64,000 nt of DNA, taken from the NCBI RefSeq assembly GCF_024502345.1, contig NZ_JALDNN010000001.1. One strand, 5' to 3'. The stretch is from Escherichia coli. GTDB lineage: Bacteria; Pseudomonadota; Gammaproteobacteria; Enterobacterales; Enterobacteriaceae. Made by a program: the position numbers and the translations under genes. The notes under the pieces are model-generated. The model did no database searches, was not told where the DNA came from, and saw only the letters and a list, made by a program, of their open reading frames with translations. This document shows, piece by piece, positions 41,275-54,302 of this stretch (position 1 is the stretch's first letter; each line of letters starts with the position of its first letter).

Positions 41275-43410
41275 TTGCTTAATCCGATCGTTCGTAAATT
41301 CCAGTACGGCCAACACACCGTGACTCTGGAAACCGGCATGATGGCTCGTCAGGCTACTGCCGCTGTTATGGTTAGCATGGATGACACCGCGGTATTTGTT
41401 ACCGTTGTTGGCCAGAAAAAAGCCAAACCAGGTCAGGACTTCTTCCCACTGACCGTTAACTATCAGGAGCGTACCTACGCTGCTGGTCGTATCCCGGGTA
41501 GCTTCTTCCGTCGTGAAGGCCGCCCAAGCGAAGGCGAAACGCTGATCGCGCGTCTGATTGACCGCCCGATTCGCCCGCTGTTCCCGGAAGGTTTCGTCAA
41601 CGAAGTTCAGGTTATCGCCACCGTGGTTTCTGTTAACCCGCAGGTTAACCCGGATATCGTCGCGATGATTGGTGCTTCCGCAGCACTGTCTCTGTCTGGT
41701 ATTCCGTTCAATGGTCCGATTGGTGCTGCTCGCGTAGGTTACATCAATGACCAGTACGTACTGAACCCGACTCAGGACGAGCTGAAAGAGAGCAAACTGG
41801 ATCTGGTTGTTGCCGGTACTGAAGCCGCTGTTCTGATGGTTGAATCTGAAGCTGAACTGCTGAGCGAAGACCAGATGCTGGGCGCAGTAGTGTTCGGTCA
41901 TGAACAACAGCAGGTTGTTATTCAGAACATCAATGAACTGGTGAAAGAAGCCGGTAAACCACGTTGGGACTGGCAGCCGGAGCCGGTAAACGAAGCGCTG
42001 AACGCGCGCGTTGCTGCACTGGCTGAAGCTCGCCTGAGCGATGCTTACCGCATCACCGACAAACAAGAGCGTTATGCGCAGGTTGATGTCATCAAATCTG
42101 AAACCATCGCGACGCTGCTTGCTGAAGACGAAACCCTGGACGAAAACGAACTGGGTGAAATTCTGCACGCTATCGAGAAAAACGTTGTTCGTAGCCGCGT
42201 ACTGGCAGGCGAACCGCGTATCGACGGTCGTGAAAAAGATATGATCCGTGGTCTGGATGTGCGTACTGGCGTGCTGCCGCGTACTCACGGTTCTGCGCTG
42301 TTCACCCGTGGTGAAACGCAGGCGCTGGTTACTGCAACGCTGGGTACCGCTCGTGACGCACAGGTTCTTGATGAACTGATGGGCGAACGTACCGACACCT
42401 TCCTGTTCCACTACAACTTCCCTCCGTACTCCGTAGGCGAAACCGGCATGGTCGGTTCTCCGAAGCGTCGTGAAATTGGTCACGGTCGTCTGGCGAAGCG
42501 CGGCGTGCTGGCAGTCATGCCGGATATGGACAAATTCCCGTACACCGTACGTGTTGTGTCTGAAATCACTGAATCCAACGGTTCCTCTTCTATGGCTTCC
42601 GTGTGCGGCGCGTCTCTGGCGCTGATGGACGCAGGTGTGCCGATCAAAGCTGCCGTTGCGGGTATCGCAATGGGTCTGGTGAAAGAAGGCGACAACTACG
42701 TTGTACTGTCTGACATTTTGGGCGACGAAGATCACCTGGGCGATATGGACTTCAAAGTTGCGGGTTCCCGCGAGGGTATCTCTGCATTGCAGATGGATAT
42801 CAAAATTGAAGGTATCACCAAAGAGATCATGCAGGTTGCGCTGAACCAGGCTAAAGGTGCGCGTCTGCATATCCTGGGCGTAATGGAACAGGCGATCAAC
42901 GCGCCGCGTGGCGATATCTCTGAGTTCGCACCGCGTATCCATACCATCAAGATCAACCCGGACAAGATCAAAGATGTTATCGGTAAAGGCGGCTCTGTTA
43001 TCCGTGCCCTGACCGAAGAAACCGGCACCACCATCGAAATCGAAGATGACGGTACTGTGAAGATCGCAGCGACCGACGGCGAGAAAGCGAAACACGCTAT
43101 TCGTCGTATCGAAGAGATCACTGCAGAAATTGAAGTGGGCCGCGTCTACACTGGTAAAGTGACCCGTATCGTTGACTTCGGCGCATTTGTTGCCATCGGC
43201 GGCGGTAAAGAAGGTCTGGTACACATCTCTCAAATCGCTGACAAACGCGTTGAGAAAGTGACCGATTACCTGCAGATGGGTCAGGAAGTACCGGTGAAAG
43301 TTCTGGAAGTTGATCGCCAGGGCCGTATCCGTCTGAGCATTAAAGAAGCGACTGAGCAGTCTCAACCTGCTGCAGCACCGGAAGCTCCGGCTGCTGAACA
43401 GGGCGAGTAA
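41275..43410 (+). CDS. pnp: polynucleotide phosphorylase
   Basis: 711 aa if initiated at TTG 41275 ([14 protein letters not shown]); KH and S1 regions at C-terminus. Confidence 0.93.
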   Translation: MLNPIVRKFQYGQHTVTLETGMMARQATAAVMVSMDDTAVFVTVVGQKKAKPGQDFFPLTVNYQERTYAAGRIPGSFFRREGRPSEGETLIARLIDRPIRPLFPEGFVNEVQVIATVVSVNPQVNPDIVAMIGASAALSLSGIPFNGPIGAARVGYINDQYVLNPTQDELKESKLDLVVAGTEAAVLMVESEAELLSEDQMLGAVVFGHEQQQVVIQNINELVKEAGKPRWDWQPEPVNEALNARVAALAEARLSDAYRITDKQERYAQVDVIKSETIATLLAEDETLDENELGEILHAIEKNVVRSRVLAGEPRIDGREKDMIRGLDVRTGVLPRTHGSALFTRGETQALVTATLGTARDAQVLDELMGERTDTFLFHYNFPPYSVGETGMVGSPKRREIGHGRLAKRGVLAVMPDMDKFPYTVRVVSEITESNGSSSMASVCGASLALMDAGVPIKAAVAGIAMGLVKEGDNYVVLSDILGDEDHLGDMDFKVAGSREGISALQMDIKIEGITKEIMQVALNQAKGARLHILGVMEQAINAPRGDISEFAPRIHTIKINPDKIKDVIGKGGSVIRALTEETGTTIEIEDDGTVKIAATDGEKAKHAIRRIEEITAEIEVGRVYTGKVTRIVDFGAFVAIGGGKEGLVHISQIADKRVEKVTDYLQMGQEVPVKVLEVDRQGRIRLSIKEATEQSQPAAAPEAPAAEQGE

Positions 43411-43517
43411 GGTTGCCATTTGCCCTCCGCTGCGCGGGGGGCTTTTAACCGGGCAGGACGCCTTGTTAGCAACCGGGAACAGGACGTTCATTCAACCGTG
43501 GTCTTCGGGAGTGGGAA

Positions 43518-44402
43518 ATGAAGCCTTTTTTGCGCTGGTGTTTCGTTGCGACAGCACTTACGCTTGCAGGATGCAGTAATACTTCCTGGCGTAAAAGTGA
43601 AGTCCTCGCGGTACCATTGCAACCGACTTTACAGCAGGAAGTGATTCTGGCACGTATGGAACAAATCCTTGCCAGTCGGGCTTTAACCGATGACGAACGC
43701 GCACAGCTTTTATATGAGCGCGGAGTGTTGTATGATAGTCTCGGTCTGAGGGCATTAGCGCGTAACGATTTTTCGCAAGCGCTGGCAATCCGACCGGATA
43801 TGCCTGAAGTATTCAATTACTTAGGCATATATTTAACGCAGGCAGGCAATTTTGATGCTGCCTATGAAGCGTTTGATTCTGTACTTGAGCTTGATCCAAC
43901 TTACAACTACGCGCACTTGAATCGCGGGATCGCATTATATTACGGCGGTCGTGACAAGTTAGCGCAAGATGATCTGCTGGCGTTTTATCAAGACGATCCC
44001 AATGATCCTTTCCGTAGTCTGTGGCTTTATCTCGCCGAGCAGAAGCTCGATGAGAAGCAGGCTAAAGAAGTGTTGAAACAGCACTTCGAAAAATCGGATA
44101 AGGAACAGTGGGGATGGAACATTGTCGAGTTCTACCTGGGCAACATTAGCGAACAAACGTTAATGGAAAGGCTCAAGGCGGACGCAACGGATAACACCTC
44201 GCTCGCTGAGCATCTCAGTGAAACCAACTTCTATTTAGGTAAGTACTACCTAAGTCTGGGGGATTTGGACAGCGCCACGGCACTGTTCAAACTGGCGGTT
44301 GCCAACAACGTTCATAACTTTGTTGAGCACCGATACGCATTGTTGGAATTATCGCTCCTGGGCCAGGACCAAGATGACCTGGCAGAATCGGACCAGCAAT
44401 AG
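43518..44402 (+). CDS. nlpI: TPR-repeat lipoprotein NlpI
   Basis: 294 aa; lipobox LAGC. Confidence 0.95.
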
Positions 44403-44581
44403 CTGACGTACACATCAGCCCGTAATCTTTTTTGATTGCCATCACCTTAACGGGTGAGGGCGTTGTTGTTCGTTAATACACCTACTTTGAGCCGGTTCAC
44501 ACTTTTCAATGAAAATTGCTGATCAATTTCATGATGAGTTATGTAGACTGGCCGCCATTAATTTTGAGGCACACGTACTAC

Positions 44582-46471
44582 ATGGCTGAATTCGAAACCA
44601 CTTTTGCAGATCTGGGCCTGAAGGCTCCTATCCTTGAAGCCCTTAACGATCTGGGTTACGAAAAACCATCTCCAATTCAGGCAGAGTGTATTCCACATCT
44701 GCTGAATGGCCGCGACGTTCTGGGTATGGCCCAGACGGGGAGCGGAAAAACTGCAGCATTCTCTTTACCTCTGTTGCAGAATCTTGATCCTGAGCTGAAA
44801 GCACCACAGATTCTGGTGCTGGCACCGACCCGCGAACTGGCGGTACAGGTTGCTGAAGCAATGACGGATTTCTCTAAACACATGCGCGGCGTAAATGTGG
44901 TTGCTCTGTACGGCGGCCAGCGGTATGACGTGCAATTACGCGCCCTGCGTCAGGGGCCGCAGATCGTTGTCGGTACTCCGGGCCGTCTGCTGGACCACCT
45001 GAAACGTGGCACTCTGGACCTCTCTAAACTGAGCGGTCTGGTTCTGGATGAAGCTGACGAAATGCTGCGCATGGGCTTCATCGAAGACGTTGAAACCATT
45101 ATGGCGCAGATCCCGGAAGGTCATCAGACCGCTCTGTTCTCTGCAACCATGCCGGAAGCGATTCGTCGCATTACCCGCCGCTTTATGAAAGAGCCGCAGG
45201 AAGTGCGCATTCAGTCCAGCGTGACTACCCGTCCTGACATCAGCCAGAGCTACTGGACTGTCTGGGGTATGCGCAAAAACGAAGCACTGGTACGTTTCCT
45301 GGAAGCGGAAGATTTTGATGCGGCGATTATCTTCGTTCGTACCAAAAACGCGACTCTGGAAGTGGCTGAAGCTCTTGAGCGTAACGGCTACAACAGCGCC
45401 GCGCTGAACGGTGACATGAACCAGGCGCTGCGTGAACAGACACTGGAACGCCTGAAAGATGGTCGTCTGGACATCCTGATTGCGACCGACGTTGCAGCCC
45501 GTGGCCTGGACGTTGAGCGTATCAGCCTGGTAGTTAACTACGATATCCCGATGGATTCTGAGTCTTACGTTCACCGTATCGGTCGTACCGGTCGTGCGGG
45601 TCGTGCTGGCCGCGCGCTGCTGTTCGTTGAGAACCGCGAGCGTCGTCTGCTGCGCAACATTGAACGTACTATGAAGCTGACTATTCCGGAAGTAGAACTG
45701 CCGAACGCAGAACTGCTGGGCAAACGCCGTCTGGAAAAATTCGCCGCTAAAGTACAGCAGCAGCTGGAAAGCAGCGATCTGGATCAATACCGCGCACTGC
45801 TGAGCAAAATTCAGCCGACTGCAGAAGGTGAAGAGCTGGATCTCGAAACTCTGGCTGCGGCACTGCTGAAAATGGCACAGGGTGAACGTACTCTGATCGT
45901 ACCGCCAGATGCGCCGATGCGTCCGAAACGTGAATTCCGTGACCGTGATGACCGTGGTCCGCGCGATCGTAACGACCGTGGCCCGCGTGGTGACCGTGAA
46001 GATCGTCCGCGTCGTGAACGTCGTGATGTTGGCGATATGCAGCTGTACCGCATTGAAGTGGGCCGCGATGATGGTGTTGAAGTTCGTCATATCGTTGGTG
46101 CGATTGCTAACGAAGGCGACATCAGCAGCCGTTACATTGGTAACATCAAGCTGTTTGCTTCTCACTCCACCATCGAACTGCCGAAAGGTATGCCGGGTGA
46201 AGTGCTGCAACACTTTACGCGCACTCGCATCCTCAACAAACCGATGAATATGCAGTTGCTGGGCGATGCACAGCCGCATACTGGCGGTGAGCGTCGTGGC
46301 GGTGGTCGTGGTTTCAGTGGCGAGCGTCGTGAAGGCGGTCGTAACTTTAGCGGTGAACGCCGTGAAGGTGGTCGTGGTGATGGTCGTCGTTTTAGCGGCG
46401 AACGTCGTGAAGGCCGCGCTCCGCGTCGTGATGAATCTACCGGTCGTCGTCGTTTCGGTGGTGATGCGTAA
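44582..46471 (+). CDS. deaD: DEAD-box RNA helicase DeaD (CsdA)
   Basis: 629 aa from ATG at 44582 ([13 protein letters not shown]); motifs [15 protein letters not shown]; RG-rich C-terminal repeats. Confidence 0.9.
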
Positions 46472-46513
46472 TCATCGCTGAACAGCGAACACAGTCTGTA
46501 AAATAATATATAC

Positions 46514-46544
46514 AGCCCCGATTTGAACCATCGGGGCTTTTTTT
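46514..46544 (+). terminator. intrinsic terminator after deaD
   Basis: AGCCCCGATTTGAACCATCGGGGCT followed by TTTTTTT. Confidence 0.7.
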
Positions 46545-46552
46545 CTGTCTTT

Positions 46553-46572
46553 TGTACTCGTGTACTGGTACA
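46553..46572. promoter_or_regulatory. TrpR operator-like palindrome in the mtr promoter
   Basis: TGTACTCGTGTACTGGTACA with GTAC half-sites as in trp-type operators; a TyrR-box-like TGTAAAATAATATATACA lies at 46497-46514. Confidence 0.5.
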
Positions 46573-46624
46573 GTGCAATACATAACAACGCAGTCGCACT
46601 ATTTTTCACTGGAGAGAAGCCCTC

Positions 46625-47869
46625 ATGGCAACACTAACCACCACCCAAACGTCACCGTCGCTGCTTGGCGGCGTGGTGATTATCGGCGGCACCATTATTG
46701 GCGCAGGGATGTTTTCTCTGCCAGTGGTCATGTCCGGGGCGTGGTTTTTCTGGTCAATGGCGGCGCTGATCTTTACCTGGTTCTGTATGCTGCATTCCGG
46801 CTTGATGATTCTGGAAGCTAACCTGAATTACAGAATCGGTTCGAGTTTTGACACCATCACCAAAGATTTGCTGGGCAAAGGCTGGAACGTGGTCAACGGC
46901 ATTTCCATTGCCTTTGTGCTCTATATCCTGACCTATGCCTATATTTCTGCCAGTGGTTCGATTCTGCATCACACCTTCGCAGAGATGTCACTAAACGTCC
47001 CGGCACGGGCGGCGGGTTTTGGTTTTGCATTGCTGGTAGCGTTTGTGGTGTGGTTGAGCACTAAAGCCGTCAGTCGCATGACAGCGATTGTGCTGGGGGC
47101 GAAAGTCATTACCTTCTTCCTCACCTTTGGTAGCCTGCTGGGGCATGTGCAGCCTGCGACATTGTTCAACGTCGCCGAAAGCAATGCGTCTTATGCACCG
47201 TATCTGTTGATGACCCTGCCGTTCTGTCTGGCATCGTTTGGTTATCACGGTAACGTGCCAAGCCTGATGAAGTATTACGGCAAAGATCCGAAAACCATCG
47301 TGAAATGCCTGGTGTACGGTACGCTGATGGCGCTGGCGCTGTATACCATCTGGTTGCTGGCGACGATGGGTAACATCCCGCGTCCGGAGTTTATCGGTAT
47401 TGCAGAGAAGGGCGGTAATATTGATGTGCTGGTACAGGCGTTAAGCGGCGTACTGAACAGCCGTAGTCTGGATCTGCTGCTGGTCGTGTTCTCAAACTTT
47501 GCGGTAGCGAGTTCGTTCCTCGGCGTAACGCTGGGTTTGTTTGACTATCTGGCAGATCTGTTTGGTTTCGACGACTCGGCTGTGGGCCGCTTGAAAACGG
47601 CATTGCTGACCTTTGCCCCGCCAGTTGTGGGGGGGCTGTTGTTCCCGAACGGATTCCTGTACGCCATTGGTTATGCTGGTTTAGCGGCTACCATCTGGGC
47701 GGCAATTGTTCCGGCGCTGTTAGCCCGTGCATCGCGTAAACGCTTTGGCAGCCCGAAATTCCGCGTCTGGGGTGGCAAGCCGATGATTGCGCTGATTCTG
47801 GTGTTTGGCGTCGGCAACGCACTGGTGCATATTTTATCGAGCTTTAATTTACTGCCGGTGTATCAGTAA
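46625..47869 (+). CDS. mtr: tryptophan-specific permease Mtr
   Basis: 414 aa polytopic membrane protein. Confidence 0.93.
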
Positions 47870-47872
47870 TCA

Positions 47873-47975
47873 GCGGGCCTTATCCGACATTTCTGCTGCC
47901 TACACAATGCCTGATGCGCTTCGCTTATCAGGCCTACGTAGGACAGCGTTGCCAGCTCGGATAAGGCTTCCCGCG
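47873..47975. repeat. REP cluster
   Basis: Contains GCCTGATGCGCTTCGCTTATCAGGCCTAC flanked by partial REP copies. Confidence 0.7.
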
Positions 47976-47985
47976 TTAAGACACA

Positions 47986-48993
47986 CTATCCCAACAACTC
48001 TTCCTTAACATCCATCGCCAGCTCAAACGAATGCAGGCGCGCCTGGTGGTCGAAAATCTGCCCGTTAACCATAATCTCATCGGCGTCGGTTTCGCGCAGG
48101 ATCGACTGCAAGCCATGACGCACTTTCGCTTTATCGCCCACCAGCGACATACTCAGCGCCTGTTGCACGCCATACTGCTCAGACGGTGACCAGAACTGAT
48201 CCATATTTTGAATCGGCGGCGGCAGTTGCCCGGTTTCGCCACGGCGCAGCTTCACAAAGGCTTGCTGCATTGAGGTAAACAGAAATTCAGCGTCGCGGTT
48301 GCTGTCGGCAGCGATAATATTGATGCACACCATCGCGTATGGTTTTTCCAGTCGTGCCGACGGTTTGAAGTTGCTGCGATAAAGATGCAGCGCCTGGAAC
48401 AACATATCCGGCGCGAAGTGTGAGGCAAACGCAAACGGCAGACCAAGCTGCGCCGCCAGTTGCGCGCTGTAAAGGCTGGAGCCTAACAACCACACGGGGA
48501 TTTTCTCGCCATAGCCTGGTACCGGGCGCACATGCGGATTGGGATCGCGGGCGTCAAACCAGTCCACCAGCTCCGCCACATCGCGGGGGAAATTATCAAT
48601 ATCGCCGCTCATATGACGACGTAGCGCCATCATTGTCCGTTGGTCACTACCCGGAGCACGACCCAGCCCCAAATCGATTCGCCCCGGATAGAGTGTATTA
48701 AGCGTGCCGAACTGTTCTGCAATGACCAACGGTGAGTGGTTAGGCAACATCACGCCGCCAGACCCCAGATGCAGCGTGGTGGTATTCGCCGCCAGATAGC
48801 CAATCAATACCGACGTGGCAGCACTGGCAATGCCAGTCATATTGTGGTGTTCTGCCAGCCAGTAGCGATGATAGCCGCGCTTTTCAGCCAGACGGGCGAG
48901 ATCGAGAGAGTGGGAGAATGCTTCTCGCGCTGAAGAACCTTCGGGAATGGGGGCCAGATCGAGTAGCGAAAACGCAATGGTTTTATCAGTCAT
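47986..48993 (-). CDS. yhbW: luciferase-like monooxygenase family protein YhbW
   Basis: 335 aa. Confidence 0.88.
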   Translation of the reverse strand: MTDKTIAFSLLDLAPIPEGSSAREAFSHSLDLARLAEKRGYHRYWLAEHHNMTGIASAATSVLIGYLAANTTTLHLGSGGVMLPNHSPLVIAEQFGTLNTLYPGRIDLGLGRAPGSDQRTMMALRRHMSGDIDNFPRDVAELVDWFDARDPNPHVRPVPGYGEKIPVWLLGSSLYSAQLAAQLGLPFAFASHFAPDMLFQALHLYRSNFKPSARLEKPYAMVCINIIAADSNRDAEFLFTSMQQAFVKLRRGETGQLPPPIQNMDQFWSPSEQYGVQQALSMSLVGDKAKVRHGLQSILRETDADEIMVNGQIFDHQARLHSFELAMDVKEELLG

Positions 48994-49073
48994 AACAGCT
49001 CACTTTGTTACCGATTAATCTTTAATACTGCATTAAAGAGTAGTTAAAGTTGTTAACAAAGTGAGCTATTTAC

Positions 49074-49952
49074 TTAGGCTTGCAGCTCCAGTCCTGCCAG
49101 CCGCCACCAGTAGCCGTTACAGTCGCTGTTCGCCGTCAACGGCAGTGGTGCAGCGCCATTTTCATTAGCGCGGAAGGCGTCGAGCATCGCGAAAGTGTCA
49201 GTACCCTGCGGTGACAGGCGGACCACATCAACCAGGCCCTGCATGGATGCCAGCTCGTTACCGAGGTTGTAAACGTAGCCGCTCATGGTCTGAATGCCAT
49301 TGAGTACAAACACTTGTTGGTTTTCCTGCGACAGCACGTTGCGCCCGTTCGGATACTTAATGCAGCAGGTTTCACACTCATCTTTCGGGCGGTCTTCCGA
49401 ACGCGCGGTAAAGCAGCGAGCGGAGTAGGCCAGCGGTAGATGACCGTAGCTCAGGACTTCCACTTCAAACTGGTTGCGAATGCCCAGCTCATCGCACTGA
49501 TTAAGCAGATTCACCAGCCAGTCGCGGGAAAGCTCCACCGGCATACACCAGCGCATCATGCCCTGTTTGAGCAATATTTTCAGCGTCACCGCGTTATAGC
49601 AGTTCAGCGCGTGTCCGGCGACGAACGGCAGTTTGCGTTCAGCGCACATATTCACCACGCCGAGATCGCTGGCTTCAATCAGAAACTCACCGTTCTCAAC
49701 ATAGCGTTTCAGTTCGCCCAGTTCAGATGATGCCTGCACCAGCGCCAGCGTGGAGAGCACTATCTGCTTACCACTTCCGGCGAGCGATTTTGCCATCTCC
49801 AGCCAGTCGCCAACTTTGGTTGCCCGGCGCTTGCTGCAAACCGCTTCGCCAAGATAAATCACGTCGGCGCTGCTGGTGGCGGCCTGCTGATAAAAATCTT
49901 CCAGCGTCTCTTTTGGCCAGTACCACAGCACTGGCCCTAAGGAATATTTCAT
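49074..49952 (-). CDS. ubiV: U32-family protein UbiV (YhbV)
   Basis: 292 aa from ATG at 49952 (MKYSLGPVLWYWPKE). Confidence 0.85.
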   Translation of the reverse strand: MKYSLGPVLWYWPKETLEDFYQQAATSSADVIYLGEAVCSKRRATKVGDWLEMAKSLAGSGKQIVLSTLALVQASSELGELKRYVENGEFLIEASDLGVVNMCAERKLPFVAGHALNCYNAVTLKILLKQGMMRWCMPVELSRDWLVNLLNQCDELGIRNQFEVEVLSYGHLPLAYSARCFTARSEDRPKDECETCCIKYPNGRNVLSQENQQVFVLNGIQTMSGYVYNLGNELASMQGLVDVVRLSPQGTDTFAMLDAFRANENGAAPLPLTANSDCNGYWWRLAGLELQA

Positions 49953-49960
49953 TGATCTTC

Positions 49961-50956
49961 TCACTGCCATTTACGGTGATACGCGCCAAGGGTGGTCTGC
50001 GTGCCTTCGGACATCGACCCGAGCGTCTCCATCCACGCGCTTTGCGGTACGAAGTTTTGCGGATCGGCCTTACAACGGTCGATAGCCTGACGCCAGACTT
50101 TCGCCACTTGGCTGACATACGCCGGGCTACGCTGGCGGCCTTCAATTTTCACCGAAGCGATATTCGACGCCATTAACTCCGGCAGCAGTTCCAGGGTATT
50201 GAGACTGGTTGGTTCTTCCAGCGCGTGATAGCGCTCGCCGTCCACCAGATAACGCCCTTTACACAACGTCGGATAACCTGCGTTTTCGCCGTCCTGATAA
50301 CGGTCGATCAGCACTTCGTTCAGGCGGGATTCCAGCCCCTGCGGCGTTTGCTGCCAGCGCACGAAACGGGCCGGAGAACACGCACCTACAGTGTTGGGCG
50401 ACTCACCCGTCAGATACGACGACAGATAGCAACGGCCTTCCGACATAATGCACAGGCTGCCAAAAGCAAAGACTTCCAGCGGGACAGGTGTGACCCGTGC
50501 CAGCTGTTTCACCTGATGAATCGACAACACGCGCGGCAGCACCACGCGGGCAACGTCAAAATGGCGATGATAAAAGTTAATCGCCTCTTCATTGGTCGCC
50601 GAAGCCTGCACTGACACATGACGCTCAATATGCGGGTAACGCTCGGCGGCGTACTCCAGCATGGCGAGGTCGGCGAGGATCAGCGCGTCGGCACCCAGCT
50701 GCGCCGCCATATCCACGGCGCGCTGCCAACGCGCGTAACCGTCCGGATGCGCAAAAGTGTTAATCGCGATGTGAAGTTTGCGGCGATGTTGATGGACAAA
50801 ACTCACCGCTTCCTGCAATTTTTTCTCGGTAAAGTTAAGGCCGGCGAAGTGACGGGCATTGGTATCATCTTTTAGCCCGATATAAACAGCATCTGCGCCG
50901 TTTTCGATGGCCGCCTTAAGCGCCGGGAGATTTCCGGCAGGGCAGAGCAGCTCCAT
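49961..50956 (-). CDS. ubiU: U32-family protein UbiU (YhbU)
   Basis: 331 aa from ATG at 50956 (MELLCPAGNLPALK). Confidence 0.85.
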   Translation of the reverse strand: MELLCPAGNLPALKAAIENGADAVYIGLKDDTNARHFAGLNFTEKKLQEAVSFVHQHRRKLHIAINTFAHPDGYARWQRAVDMAAQLGADALILADLAMLEYAAERYPHIERHVSVQASATNEEAINFYHRHFDVARVVLPRVLSIHQVKQLARVTPVPLEVFAFGSLCIMSEGRCYLSSYLTGESPNTVGACSPARFVRWQQTPQGLESRLNEVLIDRYQDGENAGYPTLCKGRYLVDGERYHALEEPTSLNTLELLPELMASNIASVKIEGRQRSPAYVSQVAKVWRQAIDRCKADPQNFVPQSAWMETLGSMSEGTQTTLGAYHRKWQ

Positions 50957-51164
50957 AATTTTTCCTGAAGGTTGCGCTATCAAAACGCAAAAATGTTAAC
51001 GAACTGGGATTTTAGTTAACCTTGCTGCGACAATTTTTGATTTAAGGCAGTTAAAGTTGTATTGGTGGTAGCAGCAATTTCATATGGAATTGTTGATTTA
51101 TACCGCTATGTTATTTTTCTGATATGGCAAAATAGGATGATTGTTGAAACAGGGAGTAAAACTC

Positions 51165-51689
51165 GTGTTGGATAAACTGCGTTCCCGCATTGTGCATTTG
51201 GGACCATCTCTGTTGAGTGTACCGGTAAAACTGACGCCATTTGCGCTAAAACGCCAGGTTCTTGAGCAGGTCTTAAGCTGGCAATTCCGCCAGGCGCTGG
51301 ATGATGGTGAGCTGGAGTTCCTTGAAGGCCGCTGGTTAAGTATTCATGTGCGTGATATTGACCTGCAATGGTTTACCTCGGTGGTGAATGGCAAACTGGT
51401 GGTCAGCCAGAACGCGCAAGCTGATGTGAGTTTTAGTGCCGACGCCAGCGATCTGCTGATGATTGCGGCGCGTAAACAAGATCCGGATACGCTCTTCTTC
51501 CAGCGTCGGCTGGTGATTGAAGGCGATACGGAACTGGGGCTGTATGTGAAAAACCTGATGGACGCCATTGAACTGGAGCAAATGCCGAAAGCCTTACGCA
51601 TGATGCTGCTGCAACTGGCGGATTTTGTTGAGGCGGGAATGAAAACCGCGCCTGAAACCAAACAGACATCGGTAGGTGAACCATGCTAA
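51165..51689 (+). CDS. ubiT: SCP2-domain protein UbiT (YhbT)
   Basis: 174 aa if initiated at GTG 51165, with AGGGAG 8 nt upstream; divergent from ubiU. Confidence 0.8.
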   Translation: MLDKLRSRIVHLGPSLLSVPVKLTPFALKRQVLEQVLSWQFRQALDDGELEFLEGRWLSIHVRDIDLQWFTSVVNGKLVVSQNAQADVSFSADASDLLMIAARKQDPDTLFFQRRLVIEGDTELGLYVKNLMDAIELEQMPKALRMMLLQLADFVEAGMKTAPETKQTSVGEPC

Positions 51690-52186
51690 TTCGAGTAGAA
51701 ATTCCCATTGATGCGCCGGGTATTGATGCCCTGCTGCGTCGTTCATTCGAAAGTGATGCGGAAGCGAAGCTGGTTCACGATCTGCGTGAAGATGGCTTTC
51801 TGACGCTGGGGCTGGTGGCGACAGATGACGAAGGTCAGGTCATTGGCTATGTGGCATTTAGTCCGGTTGATGTGCAGGGCGAAGACCTGCAATGGGTCGG
51901 CATGGCACCGTTGGCGGTTGATGAAAAATACCGTGGACAGGGGCTGGCACGCCAACTGGTCTATGAAGGACTCGATTCGCTTAATGAGTTCGGCTATGCC
52001 GCAGTGGTGACGCTGGGCGATCCGGCGCTGTACAGCCGTTTTGGCTTTGAACTGGCGGCACATCACGATCTGCGTTGCCGCTGGCCGGGCACTGAAAGCG
52101 CCTTCCAGGTACATCGTTTAGCGGATGACGCGTTGAATGGCGTAACTGGTCTGGTTGAGTATCACGAGCATTTCAATCGCTTTTAA
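51683..52186 (+). CDS. yhbS: GNAT family N-acetyltransferase YhbS
   Basis: 167 aa. Confidence 0.85.
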   Translation: MLIRVEIPIDAPGIDALLRRSFESDAEAKLVHDLREDGFLTLGLVATDDEGQVIGYVAFSPVDVQGEDLQWVGMAPLAVDEKYRGQGLARQLVYEGLDSLNEFGYAAVVTLGDPALYSRFGFELAAHHDLRCRWPGTESAFQVHRLADDALNGVTGLVEYHEHFNRF

Positions 52187-52475
52187 TCTCCGGGGTTTGC
52201 AGACTGCTTAACAGCTCTGCAAACCCTGCGCCTTCCGCTACCAGACGCTCTTTTTGCCGTTTGGTCAGTTGCTTAACGCGATATTCCGCCCGTAACGCCA
52301 GCGAACGATCGCCCACTGGCGCAGAAAACGCCAGCGTCAGTTCTCCTTTCCCGCGCAGTGCTTTCGCCCCTTTGCCGCTTTGGTGCTGCTGATAGCGGCG
52401 TTCGACATCCGTGGTGATCCCGGTATAAAGCTTATTGTCGGCGGTACGGATCAAGTAAAGAAACCAGGGTGCCAT
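52173..52475 (-). CDS. yhbQ: GIY-YIG domain protein YhbQ
   Basis: 100 aa ([21 protein letters not shown]). Confidence 0.85.
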   Translation of the reverse strand: MAPWFLYLIRTADNKLYTGITTDVERRYQQHQSGKGAKALRGKGELTLAFSAPVGDRSLALRAEYRVKQLTKRQKERLVAEGAGFAELLSSLQTPEIKSD

Positions 52476-52525
52476 CGTCTGCGTCGCATGTTAAGGTCAG
52501 GCCCACAGTATAAAAGAGAACAGCA

Positions 52526-52948
52526 ATGGAAACACTCATCACCATCAGCCGTTGGTTGGCAAAACAACATGTTGTCACCTGGTGTGTGCAGCAGGAAGGG
52601 GAACTCTGGTGCGCCAATGCCTTTTATCTTTTTGATGCACAGAAAGTCGCCTTCTACATTTTGACGGAAGAAAAAACACGTCATGCGCAGATGAGTGGGC
52701 CGCAGGCGGCAGTTGCCGGAACGGTAAACGGTCAGCCGAAAACGGTAGCGTTAATTCGCGGCGTGCAGTTTAAAGGCGAGATCCACAGGCTGGAAGGTGA
52801 GGAAAGCGACCTCGCACGCCAGGCGTACAATCGTCGCTTTCCGGTTGCCAGAATGCTGTCGGCTCCGGTGTGGGAAATCCGGCTCGATGAAATCAAATTC
52901 ACCGACAACACGCTGGGCTTTGGTAAAAAAATGATTTGGCTACGCGGC

Positions 52949-52969
<21 letters not shown>
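52526..52969 (+). CDS. yhbP: UPF0306 protein YhbP
   Basis: 147 aa. Confidence 0.85.
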
Positions 52970-54230
<1,261 letters not shown>

Positions 54231-54302
54231 TTATTCCCAAGAATTGATAGTGAGCGTAATATTCACGCGCTCAATTATCATAACTTATTCCTGGGGAATG
54301 CT

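Noticed and set aside
41251-43491. 746-aa ORF antisense to pnp (longer than pnp itself)
   Set aside because: It lies entirely opposite a highly expressed, strongly codon-biased gene; its translation is low complexity (F/V/R/T-rich) with no start context. Long antisense ORFs are a known artefact of codon bias that avoids the complements of stop codons.
44936-46279. 447-aa ORF antisense to deaD, plus several Arg/Pro/Ser-rich ORFs across the deaD 3' repeats
   Set aside because: Products of the tandem RG-codon repeats read in other frames or on the other strand; not independent genes.
50957-51164. Candidate FNR site in the ubiU/ubiT divergent promoter region
   Set aside because: I could not find a TTGAT-N4-ATCAA match with both half-sites by eye, so no site is annotated.
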